Part shown: in pieces, positions 35,710 to 46,934 of the stretch
How the letters are laid out: every line of letters starts with the position of its first letter
Numbering within the stretch: position 1 is the first letter of the stretch
Origin: Octopus bimaculoides
Taxonomy: Eukaryota
Length of the DNA: 49,211 nucleotides
Direction: 5' to 3'
Assembly: GCF_001194135.2 (NCBI RefSeq)
Contig: NC_068989.1
Span: 93,449,786-93,498,996, forward strand
Made by a program: the position numbers and the translations under genes
The notes under the pieces: model-generated
The model's database searches: none
Told to the model about the DNA's origin: nothing
The model's input: only the letters and a program-made list of their open reading frames with translations

Positions 35710-36279
35710 CAGCATTTTCTTATACACATGGTAGACATGCGCACACATGCACATCAGCACATAAGCACACTTACAAAATCACGCACACACACACACACGT
35801 ACTACGGAAACAGATAACAACACAGAGGCACAAGACATCATCGTGTCACACACGCACCCACACATAACGACACACACGCATACAACGCTACACACAAACA
35901 CATTCACACGTACGTCCACCTACACACATCCACATACATACGCACATACGCACACACACACACACACACACACCTCCATATACCCCACAAAAGAAAGAGC
36001 CACGAACGGCAGGTGCACGGGGTGTCGGTTGCACGCCAAATAAAGAAATATATAAAAAAAAAAACACTTTTTCTCAATAGATTCATTGGGGGTTGGAGGA
36101 GCGGCAGGAGGGGGAGGATGACGAGTGGTGGTGGTTGTCGTAGTATAAGGGAGAGGGGAAGGGGACATGTCTGGTTGAGTTTAGAAGGGTGCATAAGGGT
36201 GGGGTAGGGTTACCTTAAGAGACGGTATTCGGGGTGGAGGACGATTGGACTGGATTAAAAGAAACTGAAATTAGGTGTT

Positions 36280-36765
36280 GGTGGTAATGGCGGTGGTGGT
36301 GGTGATGACATGATGACGGGTCGGGGTAGGTGACGGTGATGTGGGTTTATTTGTGGCGATAGTGGTGGTGGTGGTGGTTTTTTTGTTTTGCTGCTGTTGT
36401 GGTGGTGGTGTTGTTGGTGGTAGTTACTGTGGTGGTGATGTCGGTGGTGTTGGTGATGGTATGGTGGTGGTGGTGATGATGGTGGTGATGATGGGGGTGC
36501 TGGTGCTGGTGGTGGTGTTAGTGTTGAAGGCAGGGCGCAATATATCGAAGATACTGATGCGAAACTAGTTTAAAGTAATATCAGGAATAACGATAGCAAC
36601 CACGATGACGACGGCGGAGATGACGATGGTGATGATGATGATGGTGGTGGTGGCGAGTATACTTGGTGAGTATAGTCATCAGAATTGCCTTCCGTTCTAT
36701 AATTGGTGCTTATTTGATCTACTCCTTGATGTGTATGTGTTTGTGTTTGTGTGTATGTGTGTACG

Positions 36766-36827
<62 letters not shown>

Positions 36828-36830
36828 GTG
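36280..36830. repeat. (GGT/GAT)n low-complexity region followed by (GT)n
   Basis: Direct reading. Confidence 0.9.
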
Positions 36831-36927
36831 CGGGCAATAAAATCGATGAGGCTGTATTTCATTTCAGACGGTAAGGCCGATTCTCAGATGCTCTACCAAT
36901 TTCATAGTTGTCAGTAATAATAACTGC

Positions 36928-37089
36928 TCAAATTTAGTCACAAGGCCAGCGGTTTGTGGGGAAGAAAATGGTCGATTACATTGACCCCAGGATTTGACCG
37001 GAAACCATTCCATCGATCTCGAAACGATGGAAAGCAAAGTCTGCCTCGGCGGAAGTTGGAATCAAAACACAAAGACGATAGAAATACTT
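36928..37089 (-). mobile_element. SINE-A, degenerate
   Basis: CACAAGGCC...GTCGATTACATTGACCCC...GCAAAGTC.GCCTCGGCGG. Confidence 0.7.
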
Positions 37090-37095
37090 CTCAGA

Positions 37096-37630
37096 CAGTG
37101 GCTCTCATGGCTCCTGATCTTAACTGATTGGAATTGTTATCATGTACATTGTTTTGTCTTGGTATAAAACAAGGGCTACAGCAAATATTCTGATCAATAC
37201 CACAGATTTGCTTCTCAGTTGTTTGACCTTAACCAGTTGAGCATGTCCCTTGGTGGCTGACAATATGTGCATCTCTGATCACGAGCAGAAGTAGTGGGGG
37301 AGCATCATAGCCATGTGTTGAGAGGAATTCTTTGGGATTTGAATAATTCACTTTTGGAAACATTGTTATTTTGCTCAACATCCTTAAACAAACCTTATCC
37401 AGCGACCTTTTGAGCGGGATGGGCTACTCGATCTGAAAAAACTTCTACCTGGTCCCCACCTGCGAGGTTATGCGCTGTTTATCTTGATATGAGATCACCA
37501 TGTCGCACACATGTGGTTGTGATGCATGTGCCTGGTGTACCCTTATCAGACGGGTAGTCATGATGGCTATAATGGGCTTCGATTATTTTACTCCAGTGCC
37601 ACTTTGATGGCATGCACTGCTCTCTCACTC
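37096..37630. mobile_element. Family E: ~555-bp non-coding element, copy 1 (left end short by ~20 nt)
   Basis: Aligns over its length to 48201-48756 and ends CTCTCTCACTC(AAT)n. Confidence 0.9.
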
Positions 37631-37654
37631 AATAATAATAATGAGAATAATAAT

Positions 37655-38114
37655 CCTTTCTACTTTGGTACAAGGCCTGAAATTTTCCGGGGTGGGATAT
37701 AATCGATTATATCAACTCCAGTGATCAACTGGTTCTTTATTTGATGATCGGTTCCCAGAGAATGAAAGACAAAATCAACCTCGGCAGAATTTGAATTCAG
37801 AAGTGTATAAAGACGAACGAAATGGCACAGATCATTTGTCCGACGCCCCACCGATTTTGTTAGTTGACCGTCTTAACAAGAACATGAACAACTACAATAA
37901 TAATTATTGCAAATTTTGGCACAAAGCCAGCAATTTTGGGGTGGAGGGGTAAGTCGATTACATCCACCTCAGTATTCAACTTATTTTATCATCGACCCCT
38001 AAAGGGTGAAAGGCAAAGTTGACCACGATAGTACTTAAACTCAGAATGTAAAGACGGACGAAATACCGTTGAGTATTTTGCCCAGCATGCGAACGATTCG
38101 GCCAGCTCGCCGCC
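37655..38114 (-). mobile_element. Two adjacent SINE-A copies (37655-37872 and 37909-38114)
   Basis: Both carry the tail, central and head blocks. The second ends GCCAGCTCGCCGCC|TTAA. Confidence 0.85.
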
Positions 38115-38635
38115 TTAAGCAACAGCAATAATAATAATATTTAACCCATTAACTGACAAATTTTTTAATTCATATTTTTTGGCTTTGCCAGGTGTCTTGG
38201 GAGTTAAAATAATATATAATATTTAGATTTTCTTCATATGTGATTTATTTTGGAAATTATGATAAATTTTTCGAAAAGTCCCAAATGGGAATCACTGTTA
38301 AAAAAAGCCTATTTCTCCTTTTCTATTCAATTGCAATAATAGAATTGTTTTTAAAACTATAGCATCAAATGCGAATGTGTATGAAATATCGATGAATGAT
38401 ATAGATGGGAAATGCAAAATAATAAAAAAAGTCAATAATTTTGTCCTTCAAAAATTGCGATTTATGGCATAAAATGTCTAGAATTAGCCAGAGATAATAA
38501 TGACAAACTTCAACTACAAAATATTGTTTAACACACCTCTGCGAATGCATTGTACATACGCAATTCACTTTAAATACAACGACCAACGGTTGTGAGGCTG
38601 TTTTTAGCAGGTCCCCAAATGGGGCTCATGGCAGG

Positions 38636-38806
38636 CGATATTTCGTCTGTCTTTACGTTCTGTGTTCAAAATCTGCCGAGGTCGACTTTTCCATTCATCC
38701 TTTCGGAGTCGATAAATTAAGTACCAGTTGCATACTGGGGTTGATCCAATCGATTGTCTCCCTGCACCAAAATTTCAAGCCTTCTACCTAGAGTAGAAGA
38801 GAACAT
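38636..38806 (+). mobile_element. SINE-A, 5'-truncated
   Basis: ATTTCGTCTGTCTTTACGTTCTG...TCATCCTTTCGGAGTCGATAAATTAAGTACCAG. Confidence 0.85.
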
Positions 38807-38859
38807 TTCATTCCTGATATTTAACATCCTGAGACTAATAGCTCTAAATTCTCAATAGC

Positions 38860-38863
<4 letters not shown>

Positions 38864-38935
<72 letters not shown>
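38864..38935. repeat. (TG)n microsatellite
   Basis: Direct reading. Confidence 0.95.
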
Positions 38936-38941
<6 letters not shown>

Positions 38942-39141
38942 ATGTGTGTGTACATGCACAAATACACACACACATACATTATATGTGGAAAATTCGTTTC
39001 TAACGGCTGAAAGTGGAAAAGCTTTGTATAAGAAGTTGGAAATACTGAGTTGAGAAAAACCTTTCAGTAGAAAATGTTGAAGGTTTTCCCTATCGAATTA
39101 TTTCCCGTTCACTCAAAGATTCTAAATTCTTATGGCATCAG

Positions 39142-39176
<35 letters not shown>

Positions 39177-39310
39177 GCACGCACACATCTTAATCTTCTT
39201 TGGGAATTTTACTTATATACTGAGCACCCCTATATCTGTCCACGGAGATTATATACTCGCCGTTAAGATTTATTAGGTCGCACTGCAATGAATATAGATT
39301 CCGCCCCGCC

Positions 39311-39415
39311 AGTCAGATGGTTCCGAGTTCAGTCTCACTGCTTGGCATCCTGATCAAGTGTCTTCTAGTATAGTCTTCGGCCGACCTAAGCCTTTTCAAT
39401 AGGTTTGGTGAATGG
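39311..39415 (+). mobile_element. SINE-B fragment
   Basis: GGTTCCGAGTTCAGTCTCACTG...CAAGTGTCTTCTAGTATAG..CGGCCGACCTAAGCC. Confidence 0.7.
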
Positions 39416-39653
39416 AGAGATATACATTTTGAATGATATATCACCGTTCTTTAGAACGTCTTCATAATATAGTCTAGAATTATGCACGAGTTCCTTCGAA
39501 GCGAACTCAGGACTTACCAATCAAAAGGCGTATAACTATAATTGTTCTTTCTAAACGGTTCTATATATCTCCTAATATTCGATATGGTTAACCACATCAG
39601 GATTTAAACAGAATGCTTGTAAGGTTTTTACCTGGATTTAAAATCCCTATTCC

Positions 39654-39689
<36 letters not shown>

Positions 39690-39692
<3 letters not shown>

Positions 39693-39850
39693 TTATCGTC
39701 ATGTACCTTGTGCCTGCGATGCATTGATGACCCTTCAACGAAAGTCTTCTCAATCAAGCACGTATACTTCACCTTCGTGATGTCACACTTGGCCAACCAG
39801 CTCCTTGACTGCCCCTTGATCTACTACCCTCTACTCTTCCTCCATTGATA
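39690..39850 (-). pseudogene. RTE-like LINE 3' coding fragment
   Basis: Minus strand reads GRVEGSRSRGSQGAGW, resembling the RTE C-terminal motif G.VEG.R.RGR.R..W. The fragment is short and decayed. Confidence 0.45.
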
Positions 39851-40595
39851 ATGTTTTGCAGACTTCTATTTCTTCGAATATAACCATAACCACATTACTG
39901 TCTTAACTCACACAACTACTACTACCACTACCACCACCACCACCACCACAATCTCAACTTCTACTGAAAAGTGTAATAGCTCCACTGCCCCTACAGGTAT
40001 TGCTACTACTACTTGTACTATTGTACTATAAGAACGTAATGTACAACTACACCTCCACAACCTTTACTACTACTACTGCTGCTGCTGCTACTACTACTAC
40101 TACTACTACTGAAACCAGCTGTGGATAATTAGAGATATTTTGTACAAAAGGTGCGAGTGATCAGAGATGAGTGTGGTTTCTCTCACAGTCTGTCTGTGTG
40201 TCTGCTTGATAATCATTCTATCGATCTTTCCTTTTTATCATCCAGTCGTCGCCTGCTTTCCCTCGCCATTTTTGCAGTTCCCCACCTCCCCCACTCTCCC
40301 TTTCTTTTTCTCTTATTTATCTCTTTATGTTTGCCGTAATTTTCTCGAGGTACATACGAGTGTATAGTCATGAATGGTTGGTGGTTATAAACAAACTTTA
40401 CTACGTCACTACTATTTGCTCTCCTTTTGTGAATTGAGCTTCATCGACATGAGCAGTAGCGAAACCGGAACCTTCAGATCTGACGTCGTTTATGCATTGG
40501 CTGGAGCAGAACAGGTCGACTTCTTCAAATATCCCAAAGCTTTTTTTTTTATTATTCTTTCTACTTAAAGCACAAAGCTTGACACTTTGGAAGAC

Positions 40596-40730
40596 GCGTT
40601 AATCGATTACATCGATCCCAGTGATCATCTGATACTTATTTATTTTATCGATCCCGGTAGGATAAAATGCAAAGTCGACGTTGGCGGAATTGAATTCGTA
40701 ACGTGAAGATGGACGAAGCTAGCGCGGTAA
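40596..40730 (-). mobile_element. SINE-A fragment
   Basis: TCGATTACATCGATCCCAGT...GCAAAGTCGACGTTGGCGGAAT. Confidence 0.7.
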
Positions 40731-40771
40731 CAAGCTTTCTTCATATCGTAATATTTGCTGTTGTTGTTGTT

Positions 40772-41144
40772 GGCACTCCCTCGCTTACGACGAGGGGGGT
40801 TCCAGTTGATCCGATCAACGGAACAGCCTGCTCGTGAAATCAACGTGCAAGTGGCTGAGCACTCCGCAGACACGTGTACCCCTAACGTAGTTCTCGGGGA
40901 TATTCAGCGTGATACAGTGTGACAAGGCTGGCCTCTTTGAAAATACAGGTACAACAGAAACAGGAAATAAGAGTGAGAGAAAGTTGTGAAATAGTACAGC
41001 AGGGTTCGCCACCATCCCATGCCGGAGCCTCGTGGAGCTTTAGGTATTTTCGCTCAATAAATACTCACAACGCCCGGTCTGGGAATCGAAACCACGATCC
41101 TATGAGAGCGAGTCCGCTGCCCTAGCCACTGGGCCATTGCGCCT
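40772..41144 (-). mobile_element. SINE-C, full length, with (CAA)n tail
   Basis: Head has A box TGGCCCAGTGG and B box GGTTTCGATTCCC. The 3' tail is ...GGATCAACTGGAACCCCCTCGTCGTAAGCGAGGGAGTGCC(AAC)n. Confidence 0.9.
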
Positions 41145-41494
41145 CTACATCGTAGTATTAACAGTATGAAATTAAGCAATAAGAATTGAAGGGAAAGTAG
41201 AAAAGCTTTGCAAACTTTTTCATACAGTTCCAAGTGTTTGACAGCGAATACCGACAAATGGGGAGACTTCGTACATTTGGGTGACTGGGCATTGCTTGTA
41301 AACGGTAGAAACAACCAAAAGCAAGGAAATAAAGAAAAAATACCATCCCACACACCAACACACCTTTATTTCAGACATTTACTCTTCAATCTAAGACACT
41401 AATGTCTATGCTAGCACGTACCCTCGTTTTCAACCAGGGAGAAATCTGACAGTGACGAATCGGCAGATACCCACGCTGTAAAAACAATCATGCC

Positions 41495-41508
41495 GTTTCC
41501 ATAGCAAC
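41495..41508. promoter_or_regulatory. Perfect RFX X-box-like motif
   Basis: GTTTCCATAGCAAC matches GTHNYY-AT-RRNAAC, in sequence not assigned to a repeat. No linked gene is visible. Confidence 0.3.
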
Positions 41509-41621
41509 AAGCTTTCTACGAATCCGAAGCTAGCATATTTAAAGAGTCCTTCGATTGTCTTAAATCCAACTGGTTAATATCAGAACCTGTATATCAAACA
41601 CACATTAACAATGCTTGTGAC

Positions 41622-41786
41622 CACTAGCGTAGCTAGAGTATGTGCTGCCCGAGGCGGCCCTTCCGTTTGCCGCCCCCGAACCCCACAAAAAATACATATT
41701 GCTTACAGCAGACCCAAAGTGGTGCCTCTTTAAAAGTGCCACTCTGGGCCGACTGCCCCTACCGCCTCCCCCTAGCTATACTAGTG
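41622..41786. mobile_element. hAT-type MITE
   Basis: TIRs CACTAGCGTAGCTAG and (reverse complement) CACTAGTATAGCTAG match at 13/15. A perfect 8-bp TSD CTTGTGAC lies at 41614-41621 and 41787-41794. Confidence 0.9.
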
Positions 41787-42502
41787 CTTGTGACGCACCC
41801 TTCCATCTCCCGTGTTCCAGGATCGAGTATGACCTTGAATGAAATGGTTATGCATTTTATTGTGATGAGCGCATTCAATAAATTTTGTTTCTCGAGCATA
41901 TAATGTTTTTTCTTTTCATCCATGTTTAAAAATGTACCATGTCCAAGATTATATTTTGCTGTATTATGTTCTTAATATATATGTCCGAAGTCACCCCAAG
42001 TATCCGGGGCCACTTCGGACGAAGTTTTTTTTTTTAAGTATGCCACTAAAGTGGGGATTATGATTGCTTCGTAGTTATCCACAAAGAATGGTCGTGAGGT
42101 TATATACTGGAAATATGAAATCAAGGGAAAATAATTTTTGAGAAGAAATTTGATCGAAACTTCAAAAAATGTTCGAAGTCTCTCAGTTTAAAAGTAGATT
42201 ATCCTAAATGTGCCGAAGAGGACTTAAACAAACCGCTTTATTGATTCTAATCAAATAGCTCATTTTAGCGAGACCGACACTGGAATATTGACGATAAGCC
42301 CATCAACACAACTTCATTAACTTTAGTTTTTTTCTGCGCCAAGAACGACGTTTTTAGGTTCCAGTGGCCCGTCTCATGGATACATGTCCTGTCTCTGTTT
42401 AGAAAGCAAGTAACAAACTTATAATCGATATGAAGGACACACATTCTTTCTCATTTTATTGACCTAGCAATTAGTATATTTAATTATAATTAGAATAAAT
42501 AA

Positions 42503-42714
42503 GGCGGTGAGCTGGCAGAATCATTAGCACGCAGGGCAAAATGCTAAGCGGCATTTCGTCCGACCTTATGTTCTGAGTTCAAATTCCGCCGAGGTCGACT
42601 TTGCCTTTCATCCTTTCAGGGTCGATGAAATAATTACCACTTACGCACTGGGGCCGATGTAATCAACTAGTCCCTTCCTACACAATTTCAGGCCTTGTGC
42701 CTACAATAGAAAAG
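42503..42714 (+). mobile_element. SINE-A, full length, with a 14-bp TSD
   Basis: ATTAGAATAAATAA (42489-42502) versus ATTAGAATCAATAA (42715-42728). Confidence 0.9.
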
Positions 42715-43140
42715 ATTAGAATCAATAATATTTGGCAAACGTTCACAAACGATGAAAACGGCACCCGATGATGGGTTGCTTGTGATCTTGGTGTTTGTGG
42801 TAGTGGTACTGGCTGTAATAGTTGGGTTGGTAGTAGTGGAAGTGTTGGTGCTGGTAGTGTTACTGATGGTATTAGCGCTGTGGTCTGGTTCTTGGAATTT
42901 GTGGCAGTAGTGGAGAGGATGGTATTGGCGGTGGTGGTGAGAGTTAGATGAATAGTGCTGTTGGTCGTAGTAGCGTTGTTCATAGTGATGCCACCATCAG
43001 AGTGGTAATACCGTTGTTGTTACTGTTTGTTGGGGATGTTGGCTTCATCCGGAGTTAGAGCTGATGGAGAAGCCCTATAGAATCAAAAACGCTCCCATCG
43101 CGACCATCCAATCTTTTTCCTAAAATCAATATTACTTAAG

Positions 43141-43288
43141 CAAATCGCTTAGCGCCTTTCTATCCGCCTTTACGTTCTGAGTTCAAATTCTGCTGAGGTT
43201 GACTTTGTTTTTCATCCTTTCGGGGCCGATAAAATAATAACTAATCGAACACTGGTGTTGATGTAATCGACTTACCCCTTTGAAATCA
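43141..43288 (+). mobile_element. SINE-A fragment
   Basis: TTACGTTCTGAGTTCAAATTC...TCATCCTTTCGGGGCCGATAAA. Confidence 0.8.
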
Positions 43289-43690
43289 ATAATTATATTA
43301 CTTAAAATATATTTAAGTGGTGCAGCTAGAGTGTGTGCCACCCAGGGTATCTTTGAGTCACTCCTCCTGCTCTGCAATTCTCCCTGCCTACCCCTGCTCC
43401 TATCCAGGCTAATATAGCTCAGCCAAAACTACCGCCGACATAAAAGCATCAACCAGGGTGGCCGACCCCATCGCCCGGCCATCAGTTACGTGACAGATTC
43501 CATTCTTTTTTTAAAAGGATAGTATGCTACTTTGGGGGAATTTGGGCTTTTATTTCTAGCAGAGCAATCGTCTACCAAGAACCTTATCGCCCACGTTGTT
43601 GCGATGGTACTGGAGTTTGCCGGGTGGTGGAAGGAAGAAATGATAGGACAAGAGGTTTTTACTGTGCGGATGAGCTTCTTTTTTCATTGA

Positions 43691-44060
43691 AGGGCGTGGC
43701 TGTGCGGTAAAAAGCTTGCTTCCCAACCACATGGTTCCGGATTCAGTCCCACTGCATGGCACCTTGAGCAGAACCCCGTCAAGCCTTGAAGTCTTGTACC
43801 ATGTTTTTTTTCTTCTTTTTTTGAGGCTCAAGACTTTTCATACACCCCTCGTGTGTATATATATATATATATATATATATNNNNNNNNNNNNNNNNNNNN
43901 NNNNNNNNNNNNNNNNNNNNNNNNNNNNNNNNNNNNNNNNNNNNNNNNNNNNNNNNNNNNCTTTAAGGGGAAAAGTACAAGGGTCGAATCGTTCGTCTAA
44001 AATTCTTCGAGGCCCCAGCATGGCCGCAGTCTAATACCTGAAACAAGTAAAAGATAAAAG
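43691..44060 (+). mobile_element. SINE-B: head 43691-43775, gap, tail 43961-44060
   Basis: GGCGTGGCTGTGCGGTAAAAAGCTTGCTTCCCAACC...; CCAGCATGGCCGCAGTC...GAAACAAGTAAAAGAT. Confidence 0.8.
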
Positions 44061-44187
44061 ATAAGGTTTGTGACGACAAAGAGTGAAAGATATGCGGATT
44101 GAAGTAGATATGGCGTTTAATGGGAGAAGAAGAAGGGGTTGTTATGATCGACAAAGTTTTAGATACAGATATCAAGTCATATGCTGT

Positions 44188-44233
<46 letters not shown>

Positions 44234-44670
44234 GCGTGTGTGAGTAAGTGTGTAAGTGTTTAATTAGTTTTACATAAGGTAACTTGCACAGCAAGCAGGT
44301 GTGTGGACAAGTAAAAAGCTAAAAGGCAGGTGGCGTCTCTCGATATCTATACATACATACATTCATACATACATTCATACACACACGCACACACATACAC
44401 GCACACATATACATACGTATGCATATGTTTCTATGCACATATGATTGTATGTTTTATTGGGAGAATGCGGTATAAATAACTCGCAGACACTTGGTGATAG
44501 ATAGGGATTTATTTGTATATATGCATGCACATGTGTAAATAAGTAAATAAGTACGTGTGTAAATAAAGACATAAATATCATACACACACACATACACCCA
44601 TACACAAATACACACATATATCTCTATATACACAGACATGTACTCATATACATACACACACTCACACACG

Positions 44671-44712
<42 letters not shown>

Positions 44713-45192
44713 TACTTATATACATAAATACGTATATATATAGATAGAGAGAAAAAGAGATTACGTAGATATGGAGATGCTTGTGTATTTATGTGTATGT
44801 ATTTGTGTGTGTGTGTGTGTGCGTATTTATATACGCACAAATCACATTTGTATTTATCTTGTAAACACTAGCATGTATATGCGTGTGTCACATGCTACGT
44901 GTACGTGTGTGTAGGCGTGAAGAAAGAAAGAGAGAGCTACAAAGGTGACTACAGATCTATCTATCTATCTATCTATCTATCTATATATATATATATATAT
45001 ATATTATAGGCTATTTAGAAAAATGTCACTTCATTGTTCTTATTGTAGCTCGAGTGCTCTCATGTAATGCTTCTATCGTTACTCACACATTCACGCACGC
45101 TTACATAGTTATAAATCACACACACACACATTCACTTATACCTATATACACATACATACAAACACATACATGCACACATGTCCTCTCATATG

Positions 45193-45244
<52 letters not shown>

Positions 45245-45619
45245 CGTATGTGAGTGTGCTTTTGTGTTTGTTGGTGTGCATGTGTGCACGACAATAATAG
45301 CATTAACTCAACCACTCATCCAGCTAAATTAATCAAGGCTAACTGAACATGCAGAAATATAAATGCATGTCTCCTAAATCAGTCATGCAACGCTGAAGCG
45401 AAGATCTATGGAGCAGAGGTCTCGTCCACTAACCCAAATCTAAATGCTACGTACAAACTCTATGCTAGTTTGGTGAGGAGTTAAATTAAAATAGAGGTAC
45501 CTCATCCAGTTTTATTCTTTTCGAGAATATAAAGAACGAAGAATGTAACCCAAATTTTCAATCTGTTAGAAAGTGCTTTCCGTTCGACAATACGTGGAAG
45601 ATCTAAAACTGTAGGCCTA

Positions 45620-46060
45620 TCAAGGGTTCAATAATTCATAAGGCCGAAGGTTAACTCAGTTTCCATGGTTTATAAGGGAATGAGATTACATCACTCCCTT
45701 CAGAACGGGCCGTCGCCTTAACTTACCAGCTTTGCGGGGCCTCGTTTACAGCTGAGGGAACTGGGAAAACGTAAGGCGGCGAACTGGCAGAGACGTTAAC
45801 ACGACGGACGAAATGCTTAGCGGTATTTCGTCTGTCTACGTTCTGGGTTCAAATTCCGCCGAGGTCGATCTTACCTTTTATCCTTTCGCGGTCGATAAAT
45901 TAAGTATCACTTGTGCACTGGGGTCGATCTAATCGACTGGCCCCCTAACCCAAAATTTCGAGTCTTGTTCCTAGAGTACTAAAGTACTAGTAAAACGTGA
46001 AATGAGATATTTTGCTCAAGAACACAACGCGCTGCTCGCTCCAGGCATCGAACGAAAGCT
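45620..46060 (-). mobile_element. SINE-D interrupted by SINE-A (further D pieces at 2505-2600 plus, 2765-2867 minus and 33753-33818 minus)
   Basis: TTTACAGCTGAGGGAACTGGG|AAAACGTGAAATGAGATATTTTGCTCAAGAACACAACGCG. Confidence 0.8.
45775..45991 (+). mobile_element. SINE-A nested in SINE-D with TSD AAAACGT
   Basis: AAAACGT occurs at 45766-45772 and 45992-45998, and the host sequence is continuous across the insertion. Confidence 0.9.
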
Positions 46061-46104
46061 GTAAGCCATATACATAGGTAATACAGTTCTATATTCAAGA
46101 GATC

Positions 46105-46270
46105 AAGAGTGATGTACATTATTTACATTATTTACATTTGACGGATATTTGTCCTCAACTTGTTTGTTGTTAACACAACGGTTTGGCTGATATACCCTCC
46201 AGCCTTCATTAGGTGCCTTGGGGAAAGTTCGAACCTGGGTTCGCATTCCTAAGGTGTTTTTCGATGTTGA

Positions 46271-46275
<5 letters not shown>
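46105..46275 (-). mobile_element. Solo Penelope-like fragment with an HHR relic at 46172-46217
   Basis: GGCAC-CUAAUGA-A-GGCUG gagggUauau CAGCC-AAAC-CGUU-GUGUU. The stems are intact and the core is mutated. The fragment adjoins (ATT)n. Confidence 0.6.
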
Positions 46276-46315
<40 letters not shown>

Positions 46316-46350
46316 CATATGTTTGAATTTTGCTTTGTATTTGTACAAAT

Positions 46351-46453
46351 GATGAAAAACGAAAATTAACCCTGGTGGGATTTGAGCTCAGCACGTAAAG
46401 ACCCTGAAGAAATATCGCTGAGCATTTTGTCCGACGCGCTAAAAATTCTACCA
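46351..46453 (-). mobile_element. SINE-A fragment
   Basis: TTTGAGCTCAG.ACGTAAAGAC...GCATTTTGTCCGACGCGCTAA. Confidence 0.6.
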
Positions 46454-46498
46454 GAATTCGAAGCCAACACTATTCATCTTAGCAGCAGCAGCAGATGC

Positions 46499-46544
<46 letters not shown>

Positions 46545-46934
46545 AGAGGCGGGATAATGCTAAATGAATTTTGATTAACAATTTATTCTAGTATGCAATT
46601 AGTAAATAAAAAAAATCAATCTCGCCACCGCCGCCCACGNNNNNNNNNNCGCAACAATCAGCCAACCAGACAGACAACAGACAGCTCACCAGCCCACAGG
46701 CCGGCCAGCCTACCATCCAGCGGTGGCTATTAATGCAAACAGTAACAGGTCATTGACTCCCTTCTACAATAACCTACCGTACCCTACACCTCATCACATT
46801 TACCGCCATTTCATTTATCGCCACCACCATCACCAACGCCACATTCAGCACCTCCGCTACCACCACCACTACTATCACCTTCACCCGTAACGACTATCGC
46901 AGCATATAATTAGTCACTATAATAATGATGCTTG

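Noticed and set aside
38141-38620. piggyBac-like end TTAA|CCCATTAAC
   Set aside because: No matching opposite TIR or TTAA was found.
41060-41144. tRNA-like segments with A and B boxes (also 25800, 34862, 35245 and 43691)
   Set aside because: They are SINE heads continuous with SINE bodies; there is no complete cloverleaf or acceptor stem.
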